Below, in pieces: positions 35,606-44,389 of a stretch of DNA of 64,000 bases. The stretch covers positions 7,235 to 71,234 of the forward strand of contig CAZRDX010000052.1 of assembly GCA_964599235.1 (NCBI GenBank), written 5' to 3'. A model generated the notes under the pieces. It was not told where the DNA came from, made no database searches, and saw only the letters and a list, made by a program, of their open reading frames with translations. The translations under genes and the position numbers were made by a program. Source of the DNA: an uncultured Rikenellaceae bacterium. Lineage in GTDB: Bacteria > Bacteroidota > Bacteroidia > Bacteroidales > VadinHA17. How positions within the stretch are numbered: the stretch's first letter is position 1; each line of letters begins with the position of its first letter.

Positions 35606-35640
35606 CTTTTGTCACGAAATGACAAAAGAGTTATTTTTAT
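35606..35640 (+). terminator. Hairpin plus U-rich tail after the GH78 gene (possible intrinsic terminator or attenuator)
   Basis: Perfect 9-bp inverted repeat CTTTTGTCA / TGACAAAAG (35606-35614 and 35620-35628, 5-nt loop CGAAA), followed 2 nt later by TTATTTTTAT. The stem has only 3 G:C pairs, so its strength is modest. Confidence 0.4.
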
Positions 35641-35647
35641 TGACCAG

Positions 35648-36415
35648 GTGACAAAGTATTGTTCCATCCTTCTTCTGCTGGCCTTTTCCCTGGCCGGCTG
35701 CCGTTCCGGTCCACACCGGGAGGAGGGGGAGGTTTCTTTTCCCCCAGGCACGGAAGATCGGGGCTGGCAACAGCTTTTCGATGGTCGTACCCTGAACGGC
35801 TGGCAGGCATTGGGGCTCGACAGCATCCCCACCGTTTACTGGCGTGTGGAAGACGGGACGATCCACAAGAGAGCGCGCGACCGGGTGGCACCCCTCCCTG
35901 ACGGCAGCCCGCCGCCTTCATGCGATCTGATGAGCCGCGACACCTTTCTCAATTTCGAACTGGCCTTTGAATGGAAGATCGCCCCGCTTGGCAACAGCGG
36001 CATCAAATACAACGTCTCGGAAAAGATGTCCCTGCGCTACGGCACCACCCACGCCCTGGGCTTCGAGTATCAGATCATTGATGATGCGCATTATTCCGAG
36101 CCTTTGTCACCCATGCAGCATACCGCCGCCCTGTATGCTCTGGTAGCTCCGGAGAACGCAGAACCACGACCTGCCGGCCGGTGGAACACCGGACGCATCA
36201 TCTTGCGGGGGCACCACGGAGAACACTGGCTCAACGGTAAGAAAGTGTTGGAATACGAGACGGGAACACCCCGTTTCGATTCTCTGGTACGCCACAGCAA
36301 ATACCACAAGTACCCGGGCTTCGCCCGCCGCCGCTACGGTCACATCGTCCTGCAGGACCATGCCGACGACGTATGGTTCCGTAACATCCGCATCCGTACT
36401 TTCGACAAACCATAA
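35648..36415 (+). CDS. DUF1080 (3-keto-disaccharide hydrolase family, PF06439-type) lipoprotein
   Basis: ORF 35609-36415 starts at TTG 35609, which lies inside the hairpin. I prefer GTG 35648, which gives MTKYCSILLLLAFSLAGC. DUF1080 pattern GWQQLFDGRTLNGWQ, YWRVEDGTI, and C-terminal GHIVLQDHADDVWFRNIRIR. Confidence 0.8.
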   Translation: MTKYCSILLLLAFSLAGCRSGPHREEGEVSFPPGTEDRGWQQLFDGRTLNGWQALGLDSIPTVYWRVEDGTIHKRARDRVAPLPDGSPPPSCDLMSRDTFLNFELAFEWKIAPLGNSGIKYNVSEKMSLRYGTTHALGFEYQIIDDAHYSEPLSPMQHTAALYALVAPENAEPRPAGRWNTGRIILRGHHGEHWLNGKKVLEYETGTPRFDSLVRHSKYHKYPGFARRRYGHIVLQDHADDVWFRNIRIRTFDKP

Positions 36416-36434
36416 CCCTCTTAAATCTCAAGCC

Positions 36435-37910
36435 ATGACCACACGAAGGAAATTCATTCGCAACAGTTCGGCCGGTCTGTTGGCCGGTTCTGCCGCCCTC
36501 TCGTTCTCGCCACGTTCGTATGCCCGCATCCTGGGTGCCAACGACCGTCTTCATGTGGCGGTGGTAGGCATACGAGGTCGCGGCGGCAGTCATATGAGGG
36601 CCTATGCCAAGATGAAGAACGTCGAGGTAAAGTACCTGGTCGACATTGATGAAAACCTTTTCAAGGCCCGTCTGGACGAGATGGATCAGCTGGCGGGATA
36701 TCGTCCCCGCACGGAATGGGACATGCGTCGTGTCTTCGATGACAAGGACCTCGATGTCGTCTCTTTCGCCACGCCCAACCACTGGCATGCCCTGGGCACG
36801 GTCTGGGCGGCCATGGCCGGCAAGCACGTGTATGTGGAGAAGCCGGCGATGCACAACATCTGGGAAGGCCGGCAGATGGTCCGCGCCGCCGAGCGCTACA
36901 ACGTGCTCATCCAGGTTGGTTTCCAGAACCGTTCCTTCGACACCACCAACCGTGCCATCCGTTTCATCCGCGAAGGTCATCTGGGAGAGATCTACCTGGC
37001 CCGCGGCCTCTGCTTCAAACCCCGCGGCGATATCGGCGTTTACCCCGACGGGCCGATGAAACCGGGGGAAAAGTTCCGTCTCAACGCCGAACGTTCGCGT
37101 TATGAGCCGCCTTACACCGAGGAGTATCTCCGCAAGGTCCACTACGACATGTGGCTCGGCCCCGCTCCCAAGAGACCATTCAACCGCAACCGTTTCCATT
37201 ACAACTGGCACTGGTTCTGGGATTACGGCAACGGCGACACCGGCAACCAGGGGCCTCACCAGTTCGATGTGGCTCGCTGGGCCCTGGGCGAAGAGGAGAT
37301 GCCTGTACGCGTCAGCTCCATCGGGGGCATCTACAAGTTCAAGTCGATGCAGGAGACCCCGAACACCCAGACCTCCATCTTCCAGTATGCCGACGGCAAG
37401 ATGCTGGAGTTCGGCACCCGTGGCCTCTACACCAACCCCGAAGGGATCCTTCTTCCCGACATCCGGCTCACCGATGACGGCAAGATCTCCAAAGGCTCCA
37501 AGGCCACACCGGTGAAGATCGGCACCCTCATCCTGGGCACCGAGGGATGGATGCAGATCGATGCGGGCGGCAACTGGCAGACCTTCTTCGGACGCAAGAA
37601 CGAACCGGGCCCCACCTCCGGCGAGAAAGACTCCTCGTACAACCCCATGGATCTCACCGGCGGCAGCAGCGGCGGCCACTTCGGTAATTTCATCCATGCC
37701 GTCCGCAACGGCGACCGTACACTTCTCTCCTGTGACATCGTCACGGGCTACCGCTCCACCTGCCTCCCCCTGCTCGCCAACATCTCCTACCGCGTAGGCA
37801 GGGAACTGCATATCGACCCCGCTACCGAAACCATCCTCCACGACGAGGAAGCATCCCGTCTGATGACCCGCGAATACCGGAAAGGATTTGAGGTACCAGA
37901 TCTTTCATAA
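36435..37910 (+). CDS. TAT-exported Gfo/Idh/MocA family NAD(P)-dependent oxidoreductase
   Basis: ORF 36360-37910 trimmed to ATG 36435. Twin-arginine signal TTRRKFIRNSSAGLLAGSAALSFSPRSYA. Rossmann start LHVAVVGIRGRGGSH. VVSFATPNHWH and VYVEKP are typical of the family. Confidence 0.9.
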   Translation: MTTRRKFIRNSSAGLLAGSAALSFSPRSYARILGANDRLHVAVVGIRGRGGSHMRAYAKMKNVEVKYLVDIDENLFKARLDEMDQLAGYRPRTEWDMRRVFDDKDLDVVSFATPNHWHALGTVWAAMAGKHVYVEKPAMHNIWEGRQMVRAAERYNVLIQVGFQNRSFDTTNRAIRFIREGHLGEIYLARGLCFKPRGDIGVYPDGPMKPGEKFRLNAERSRYEPPYTEEYLRKVHYDMWLGPAPKRPFNRNRFHYNWHWFWDYGNGDTGNQGPHQFDVARWALGEEEMPVRVSSIGGIYKFKSMQETPNTQTSIFQYADGKMLEFGTRGLYTNPEGILLPDIRLTDDGKISKGSKATPVKIGTLILGTEGWMQIDAGGNWQTFFGRKNEPGPTSGEKDSSYNPMDLTGGSSGGHFGNFIHAVRNGDRTLLSCDIVTGYRSTCLPLLANISYRVGRELHIDPATETILHDEEASRLMTREYRKGFEVPDLS

Positions 37911-37927
37911 ATAAAAACCCACCCACC

Positions 37928-38992
37928 ATGAGAACGCTGCAATACTTAAGTATCCTCACTCTCCTCCTGCTGACGGGCTGTCATCCTTCCGCCACGAAGG
38001 ACACGGCCGGCGCTTTACCGGTACGTGTGGATGTGGACACGGCCGCTCGTCGCGCCGATATCTTCATTGGCGGACAACCGTTCACCTCCTTTCTGTACAC
38101 CGACACGCTGGCGGCCCTCACCAAGCCGGTGCTGTGGCCCGTAATCTCCGCCGCCGGCGATACGCTCACCAGGGGGTTTCCCCTTCATCCCGTCCCGGGA
38201 GAACGTACCGACCATCCTCATCACATCGGCATCTGGTTCACCTACGGCAATGTCAATCACATCGATTTCTGGGGCAATTCGCCCGCCATGCCCGACTCTC
38301 TCCGGGACCGTCTGGGCTGGATAAGGAACGTGAAGATCCTGGAGGCTGCCGGCGGCGACAGCGTAGGCACCCTTGTCTACGAAGCTTCCTGGCAGGATTT
38401 CCGGGGTCGTCCTATGCTGCAGGAACATACGGTACTGACCTTCAGGGGAGACCGGCACGACCGCTTCGTGGAGCGCACCACCACCCTCACCGCCCTGGAC
38501 GATACCATCGTGTTCCATGACACCAAGGAAGGAATGATGGCCATCCGGGTGTCCCATCCCCTGGAACTGCCCTCAGACAAACCTTCCACCTTCACCGATG
38601 AACACGGGAACGTGACCATCGTGGGGGGAGCCCGGGACACCATCGCCAACGGCGATTATCTCACCAGCAGGGGGATCACAGGAAAAGATGCCTGGGGCAA
38701 AAGGGCCGAATGGGTCTGCCTCCACGGGAAAGTGAATGGCCAGGAAGAAAGCATCACCATTTTCGACCATCCGGGCAACCCCGGCCATCCCACCTACTGG
38801 CATGCCCGGGGCTACGGTCTTTTCTCGGTCAACCCCCTGGGCCAAAAGACCTTCAGTAAAGGAAAGGAAGAGCTCAACCTCACCCTCGCCCCCGGCGAGT
38901 CGGTCACCTTCCGCTACGGGATGCTCTTCCACAGCGGCCCGGTGAGCAAAGAGATGCTCGACCAGTACTATCAACAGTACATCACTCCCTGA
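37928..38992 (+). CDS. DUF6807 (PmoA-like) family lipoprotein
   Basis: 354-aa ORF with lipobox LLLTGC. LTKPVLWPV...GERTDHPHHIGIWFTYGNVNHIDFWGN and FDHPGNPGHPTYWHARGYGLFSVNP resemble the family usually found next to Gfo/Idh/MocA genes. Confidence 0.7.
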   Translation: MRTLQYLSILTLLLLTGCHPSATKDTAGALPVRVDVDTAARRADIFIGGQPFTSFLYTDTLAALTKPVLWPVISAAGDTLTRGFPLHPVPGERTDHPHHIGIWFTYGNVNHIDFWGNSPAMPDSLRDRLGWIRNVKILEAAGGDSVGTLVYEASWQDFRGRPMLQEHTVLTFRGDRHDRFVERTTTLTALDDTIVFHDTKEGMMAIRVSHPLELPSDKPSTFTDEHGNVTIVGGARDTIANGDYLTSRGITGKDAWGKRAEWVCLHGKVNGQEESITIFDHPGNPGHPTYWHARGYGLFSVNPLGQKTFSKGKEELNLTLAPGESVTFRYGMLFHSGPVSKEMLDQYYQQYITP

Positions 38993-39007
38993 GCTTTGTC
39001 CGCATGC

Positions 39008-39039
39008 AAAAAAAGGGTGTGCACTGCACACCCTTTTTT
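39008..39039. terminator. Bidirectional rho-independent terminator between the convergent DUF6807 and susD-like genes
   Basis: A7 (39008-39014), 8-bp stem GGGTGTGC / GCACACCC (39015-39022 and 39026-39033, 3-nt loop), T6 (39034-39039). Read directly. Confidence 0.75.
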
Positions 39040-39055
39040 GTCCCCACATTCTTCA

Positions 39056-40714
39056 TCAGTAGGGCTGGCCTGTTCCCTGGAGGAGCCAGAACTTCGACCA
39101 GGCACTGTTCTTACCATCATCTTCGGAGAAAACGGTTTCCTCGAGCCCTTCGATGGCCGCTTCGCAATTGTCACGGTTCAGGTCCAGTTCCTTGACCGAA
39201 TAGTAGAACCTCAGCGGCAGTGCATCTCTTTTCACTTCTTTTCCCGGTCTGAGGCGGGGATAACCTGTCCTTCTCCAGTCGAACCATGCTTCGGCCGCTG
39301 CGGTCCAGCTGGCGATCCATTTCTGTTCCATGATCTGACCAAGGGTACCGTCGAAGGCGACGGAGGGCTGGGCTATGTAGGTATCATAATCACCGACAAC
39401 GCGCCATGCAAGGAACGATTGACGGATACCCTCCTCGTAATGGCTTTGGGCATCCTCACCCGTCCACCCTTTGAGCGCCGCCTCAGCAATGATGAAATGC
39501 ACTTCCGAAGCGCTCAGCATACGCGCCACCAAGAGATCGCCCGAAGCCTGCTTGTACATGGTGGCCAGATGTGAAGCATGCGGGTTGTAGGAAGCCTGCT
39601 CCAGGTTGGGGTTGAGATTGTAAGCCTGGGGCACGATCGACCAGGCCGGCGGCAAGCCGACATAATCGGGATCCTCATCCAGCGGATAACCGTACTTCGC
39701 CTCGTACTGGGCAGCGATCGAGTCCCCGACATAACGCACTCCGCCTACGATCTCATCACGGAAATGATCGGCATAGTCCACCTTCAGCGGAATATCCACC
39801 TTCCTGGCCCAGACATGTAGACGGGGATCATTGAAATATTCCATCGTATCCACCAGGGTGGCACACATCTTCAACCGCATATAGGCTCCTTGCTTCTCCT
39901 GGTTGAAGACGGTATTGGAAGGCCAGGAGTCGGAAGCATTGGTACCCGGGAAACGCAGGTTGGCCTCTTCCGAAGCTCGCAGGATCAAAGGATAATCGTC
40001 GGGATGATCGACGATACGTTCAATCCCTTCACGGGCATACTCCGGCTCTTTATAGGAGAGCCTCATGTAATAACGCAAAGCCAGCGAATTGGCAAACTTG
40101 CGCCACTTACTCACGTTCCCTTCGTAGAGAACATCCTGGACGGCATCGATACCTTCCTGGGGGTTTCTGGCCAACAAGGCATTGGCCGTATCGAGGTCGG
40201 TCAGGATGCCGTGGTAGATATCCTGCTGGGCATCATAGGGAGGACGGATGTATTCTTCCTCTCCATTCTCTCCTTTCAGGGCCTTGGTATAAGGCGCATC
40301 GCCCCACAGGTCGGCGATCATGCCGAAGACATAGGCCCGGATGATCAGGGCCACGGCGCGGTGAAAATCAAGATGCATCTCCTCGGCCTTTTCCAGCATC
40401 GCCTGTGTATTGCGAAGCAGATCGTAATATCCCCCCCAGTCGCTGCTGCTGGGGTTCCAGTCATAGCTGTTGTGCGAGCCGGACCAGCCATCTTTCTGGG
40501 TGTGTTGCATCACTCCCGCCAGATCACCAAAACCAAGACGAACCACCCCCTGGCCTGTGCCGGCAATGACGGTGCTCATCAAAAGATTGGGATGCGCAAT
40601 GGCCGGATCCACCCCGTTGGGGTTCACATTCAGCTCATCCAAGTCCTTGCACGAAAAGACCGAAAAAGAAAAGAGGATGAGCAAAAGGATGATCCTGGAT
40701 CTGTATGTGTACAT
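39056..40714 (-). CDS. SusD/RagB-family nutrient-binding outer-membrane lipoprotein
   Basis: 552-aa ORF directly downstream of the susC-like gene (20-nt gap). Lipobox FSVFSC followed by acidic KDLDEL. Helical/TPR-like composition and a typical C-terminal W/F-rich tail. Confidence 0.9.
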   Translation of the reverse strand: MYTYRSRIILLLILFSFSVFSCKDLDELNVNPNGVDPAIAHPNLLMSTVIAGTGQGVVRLGFGDLAGVMQHTQKDGWSGSHNSYDWNPSSSDWGGYYDLLRNTQAMLEKAEEMHLDFHRAVALIIRAYVFGMIADLWGDAPYTKALKGENGEEEYIRPPYDAQQDIYHGILTDLDTANALLARNPQEGIDAVQDVLYEGNVSKWRKFANSLALRYYMRLSYKEPEYAREGIERIVDHPDDYPLILRASEEANLRFPGTNASDSWPSNTVFNQEKQGAYMRLKMCATLVDTMEYFNDPRLHVWARKVDIPLKVDYADHFRDEIVGGVRYVGDSIAAQYEAKYGYPLDEDPDYVGLPPAWSIVPQAYNLNPNLEQASYNPHASHLATMYKQASGDLLVARMLSASEVHFIIAEAALKGWTGEDAQSHYEEGIRQSFLAWRVVGDYDTYIAQPSVAFDGTLGQIMEQKWIASWTAAAEAWFDWRRTGYPRLRPGKEVKRDALPLRFYYSVKELDLNRDNCEAAIEGLEETVFSEDDGKNSAWSKFWLLQGTGQPY

Positions 40715-40734
40715 GGCTCTCAGATTTTCAGTGA

Positions 40735-43700
40735 TTAGAAAGTAAGATTGATCTTGAAACCTACGGGGATCACCCAGGGTTCCACATTGTACCTTTCGAT
40801 ACCCTGCTTGAAGCCCGAGGCCTCGGCCTGGAAGGCCCGCTCAGGATCGATGCCGATCTTGGCTTTGGTCCAGATCATGATGTTCCGGCTGTACAAGGAA
40901 ACAAGCAGGTCCTGCATGCGCAGTTTTTTCACAAAGTTCCCGGGCAAATGGTAACTGAGGGTGATCTCCCTGAGCTTCACAAAGTCGGCATCGAAAGTGG
41001 AGGGGGTCATGAAATCCCAGGGGTAGCTGACCACCCAGGGGGTATATGGGATGGGATTGTTCTCTCCCAGATTCTCGGAATAGCTGCCGTCGGCGTTCTT
41101 CACCACGCCCGGCACGAAGATACCGTCGTACACCGTGTAGCCGCTCCAGCTTTCGGGGAAACCGCCATACTCGGGAGTAGGCCCGCCCACCACATGGAAA
41201 CCGTTCTTGATCCATTCGTCCTCGTGGGCCACCAGCCAGTCGCGCAGTTCCTTGCCGCTACGTCCTCCGGGGTTGATGGCCCGGCGCAACCAGTCTTCCG
41301 AGTTGGCATCCTCAGCCATGTAACGGTAGGTCTGTGAAACGAACTGTCCGCCATGCCGCCAGTCGAACGTGGCACTCAGGACGAAACCTTTGTACGAGAG
41401 GGTGGTCTGTGCCCCGAAGAGGAAATCGGGATTGTAGTTACCGATCTTGTTGCGGGCATCGGCCACCTTGATCTCCTGCCATTCGTAATCACTCCCTCCG
41501 ATAATGGGATAGCCGTAATAAGGCGAATTGGGATCCGTGACACGGAGGATCTCGGCATCGTACAGGTCGCCGATATCATCCCCTTCGTACACCCAGGCTC
41601 CTCCTTTGGCATCGCTCCAGAACTTGATCAGGTCGACTCCCGGAGCGATACGGGTAAGACGGGTCCTGTTGCGTGAGAAATTGACCGACACATCCCACAC
41701 CAGGTCTCCCCGTCGGAGGGGTACCCCCCCGACCATGAACTCCCACCCGCGGCTCTCGATGAGGCCGGCGTTGACATTCACACTACTGAAACCAGAAGAG
41801 GTGGCAATGGGGATGTTACGGATGATCTGGTTCCGGTTGTCGATGTTGTAATAGGTTCCGTCAAAATGGACCCTGTCGTTGAAAAGACGCACCTCGGCAC
41901 CCACCTCCCACGAGGTGGCTTCCTCAGGCTTGAGGTTGGGTGTGAGGATGGTCCCCGGCTTGGCCAGACGGGTGGCCTCGCCCCACTGGCCGATATCGGA
42001 GTAGGTGGGATAGAGCTGGTAGGGAGGTGCGTCGTTCCCTACCTTGGCCCAGCCGGCACGCAGCTTGAGCAGATCGACCTGATCGCCCAGACTGAGCATT
42101 TTGTCCAGCAACATGCTGAGAGAGACGGAAGGATAGAAATACGACCGGCTCTCGGGAGGCAGGGTGCTCGACCAGTCGTTGCGGGCCGTCAGGTCGAGGT
42201 AGAGCATGCCGTTGTATGAGAGGTTGGCTGTTCCGTACAGGCTGTAGATGGCCTTCTGGCTGAGTGAGCTCCAATAGTTGAGCGAACCGCTCTTGATGTT
42301 CCGCACATTGTACACATTGGGCACTACCAGCCCGGCTCCCGGCTTGGAAGCATTGCCCGCCGTGGTGCTCTCCTGATAGAGGGCGTTCCCCCCTGCCGAG
42401 ATCACCACCCCGAACTTGCCCACCTCTTTGTCGAACGTGGCCAGAAAATCAGCATTCCGCTCATACCGCTGCAGGTTGATGATGCCGTATGCTCCGTTGT
42501 TGGGCTCCTTGGTGTAGCTGGGCGGGATCTTCGTCTCTCGCCTCTCCCCGTAACGGTCGATGGAATATCTTCCCCGCAGGCTCAGCGAAGGCAATACCTG
42601 CCAGGTGAGCGACATGTTGCCGAAGATACGGTTGCGGTTGAACATGTTGTCCACCTCATAGGCCAGGAAATAAGGGTTGTTGTACAGCCCGTTGGAGGGG
42701 GTGCGTTGCTGTAATCCCTCCTGGCCGGGCTCCCAGTAGTCGCGCAGCAGCTTAATGGGAATGTTCAGCGGCACCTTGTATGCCCACTCCAGCGGGTTGG
42801 TCCCCCGGTTGGAAGAAGGGCGGTTGTTCGACCAGGTGTTCGCAATACTGACGTTCATCGAAAAGGTGAGATCTTTCGTGGCATGGATGTCCGATCCGAC
42901 GGTCAGGTTGTTACGGTGCAGATCCGACCCCGGCACGATACCGCGGTTGGTCATGTTGGTCAACGAGATGCGGTAGTTGGCATTGTCGGTCCGGTTCATG
43001 ATCGACGCTCCGTTGGTGGAGGTGATGCCGGTCTGTACAAAATCCGCCACATTGTCGGGATACGACACGAGGGGGATGGGCACCTTGTTGCCGTTGGCAT
43101 CCAGGGGGCTGTGCCACTGAATGGCAAAGTAGCCCTTGTCACACTCCGGACCGGCACCGGCCGCCTGTGCCGGATCGACCACCAGGGTGCCGCCCACAAT
43201 ATCGGGAGTGAAAGGAAAATATCCCGAGGAGAAATGTTTCTGGGTATCAAAGTACTTGTACGGCATGTCAAACACCGTGTTGGTGCTGAGGGTGACGGTG
43301 ACCCCCTTGCTTTTCTTTCCTTTTTTGGTGGTGATGAGCACCACGCCGTTACCGGCCCGCGAACCATAGAGGGCTGCCGCACTGGGCCCTTTCAGGATGG
43401 TCACACTCTCGATGTCGTCGGGGTTGAGGTCGGAAATGGCATTCCCGTAGTCGACGATGTTGCGCTCACCGATCTGGCTGGTGTTGTTCAGTCCGTTGAT
43501 CATCGGCACGCCGTCGACGACGAAGAGGGGCTGGTTGTCACTGCTGAGCGAAGTGGCACCACGGATCACCATGCTCACCGACGAGCCTGTCCCTCCGGTG
43601 GAATTGACCGTCACACCGGCCACCTTGCCTGCCAGCGAATTGACCACGTTCTCCTGCACCACCTTGTTCAGCTCTTCACCATCCACCTTACCCACAGCAA

Positions 43701-44121
43701 AGCCCAGCGATTTCTCCTGGCGTGTGATGCCCAGGGCGGTGACCACCACCTCATCAAGGTTCTTCACGCTCTCTTTCATCACCACATCGATGACACGCCG
43801 GTCACCCACACGCTCTTCATGCGTCTCGTAACCCACAAAAGAAAAGACCAGGACGGCATCAGCTCCCGGCACACGGATGGCATAATGGCCGTCCCCCCCG
43901 GTGATCGTCCCGCTGCTGGTACCCTTGATCAGCACCGTCACACCAGGCAGCGACTGGCCATCCTCGGAAGTCACCGTGCCGGTCACCTCAAAACCCCGCT
44001 GAATGAACCGGACAGTACCCTCCCCCGCCCAAACGGCCATACCGAACCACTGGACTAGCAAGAAAAGTACCGCCGCCATCCGCAGGACTTTCCGGTTAGA
44101 GAAAATGAATCCCTGTTCCAT
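40735..44121 (-). CDS. SusC/RagA-family TonB-dependent outer-membrane transporter
   Basis: The ORF 40735-44154 begins at TTG; ATG 44121 or ATG 44079 is more likely. CarboxypepD_reg-like VTGTVTSEDGQSLPGVTVLIKGTSSGTITGGDGHYAI, plug motifs VVVTALGI and IESVTILKGPSAAALYGSRAGNGVVLITTKKG, and a terminal beta-strand ending in F. Confidence 0.9.
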   Translation of the reverse strand: MEQGFIFSNRKVLRMAAVLFLLVQWFGMAVWAGEGTVRFIQRGFEVTGTVTSEDGQSLPGVTVLIKGTSSGTITGGDGHYAIRVPGADAVLVFSFVGYETHEERVGDRRVIDVVMKESVKNLDEVVVTALGITRQEKSLGFAVGKVDGEELNKVVQENVVNSLAGKVAGVTVNSTGGTGSSVSMVIRGATSLSSDNQPLFVVDGVPMINGLNNTSQIGERNIVDYGNAISDLNPDDIESVTILKGPSAAALYGSRAGNGVVLITTKKGKKSKGVTVTLSTNTVFDMPYKYFDTQKHFSSGYFPFTPDIVGGTLVVDPAQAAGAGPECDKGYFAIQWHSPLDANGNKVPIPLVSYPDNVADFVQTGITSTNGASIMNRTDNANYRISLTNMTNRGIVPGSDLHRNNLTVGSDIHATKDLTFSMNVSIANTWSNNRPSSNRGTNPLEWAYKVPLNIPIKLLRDYWEPGQEGLQQRTPSNGLYNNPYFLAYEVDNMFNRNRIFGNMSLTWQVLPSLSLRGRYSIDRYGERRETKIPPSYTKEPNNGAYGIINLQRYERNADFLATFDKEVGKFGVVISAGGNALYQESTTAGNASKPGAGLVVPNVYNVRNIKSGSLNYWSSLSQKAIYSLYGTANLSYNGMLYLDLTARNDWSSTLPPESRSYFYPSVSLSMLLDKMLSLGDQVDLLKLRAGWAKVGNDAPPYQLYPTYSDIGQWGEATRLAKPGTILTPNLKPEEATSWEVGAEVRLFNDRVHFDGTYYNIDNRNQIIRNIPIATSSGFSSVNVNAGLIESRGWEFMVGGVPLRRGDLVWDVSVNFSRNRTRLTRIAPGVDLIKFWSDAKGGAWVYEGDDIGDLYDAEILRVTDPNSPYYGYPIIGGSDYEWQEIKVADARNKIGNYNPDFLFGAQTTLSYKGFVLSATFDWRHGGQFVSQTYRYMAEDANSEDWLRRAINPGGRSGKELRDWLVAHEDEWIKNGFHVVGGPTPEYGGFPESWSGYTVYDGIFVPGVVKNADGSYSENLGENNPIPYTPWVVSYPWDFMTPSTFDADFVKLREITLSYHLPGNFVKKLRMQDLLVSLYSRNIMIWTKAKIGIDPERAFQAEASGFKQGIERYNVEPWVIPVGFKINLTF

Positions 44122-44389
44122 AACAAAAGCAGTTAGTTTAGGTTTCAATGTCAATACGGGTAAAATACGTTCAGGGTCGTTTCAAAGAACTTCTTCTTTG
44201 GTTAAAAATAAGAATTTTTGGAAAGAACATCTTCCCATATTCACATTCTTTTGACTTTTTCACTGAAAAACAAGAAATTCTCCAATCAAGAAGGTGAAAA
44301 TACCATAAAGATCAGTCAAATTACCATAGATAAAAAGCGGTTATTTTACGTCTGAATAATAGTGTCATAACTTCTAAAAAGAAAATACG

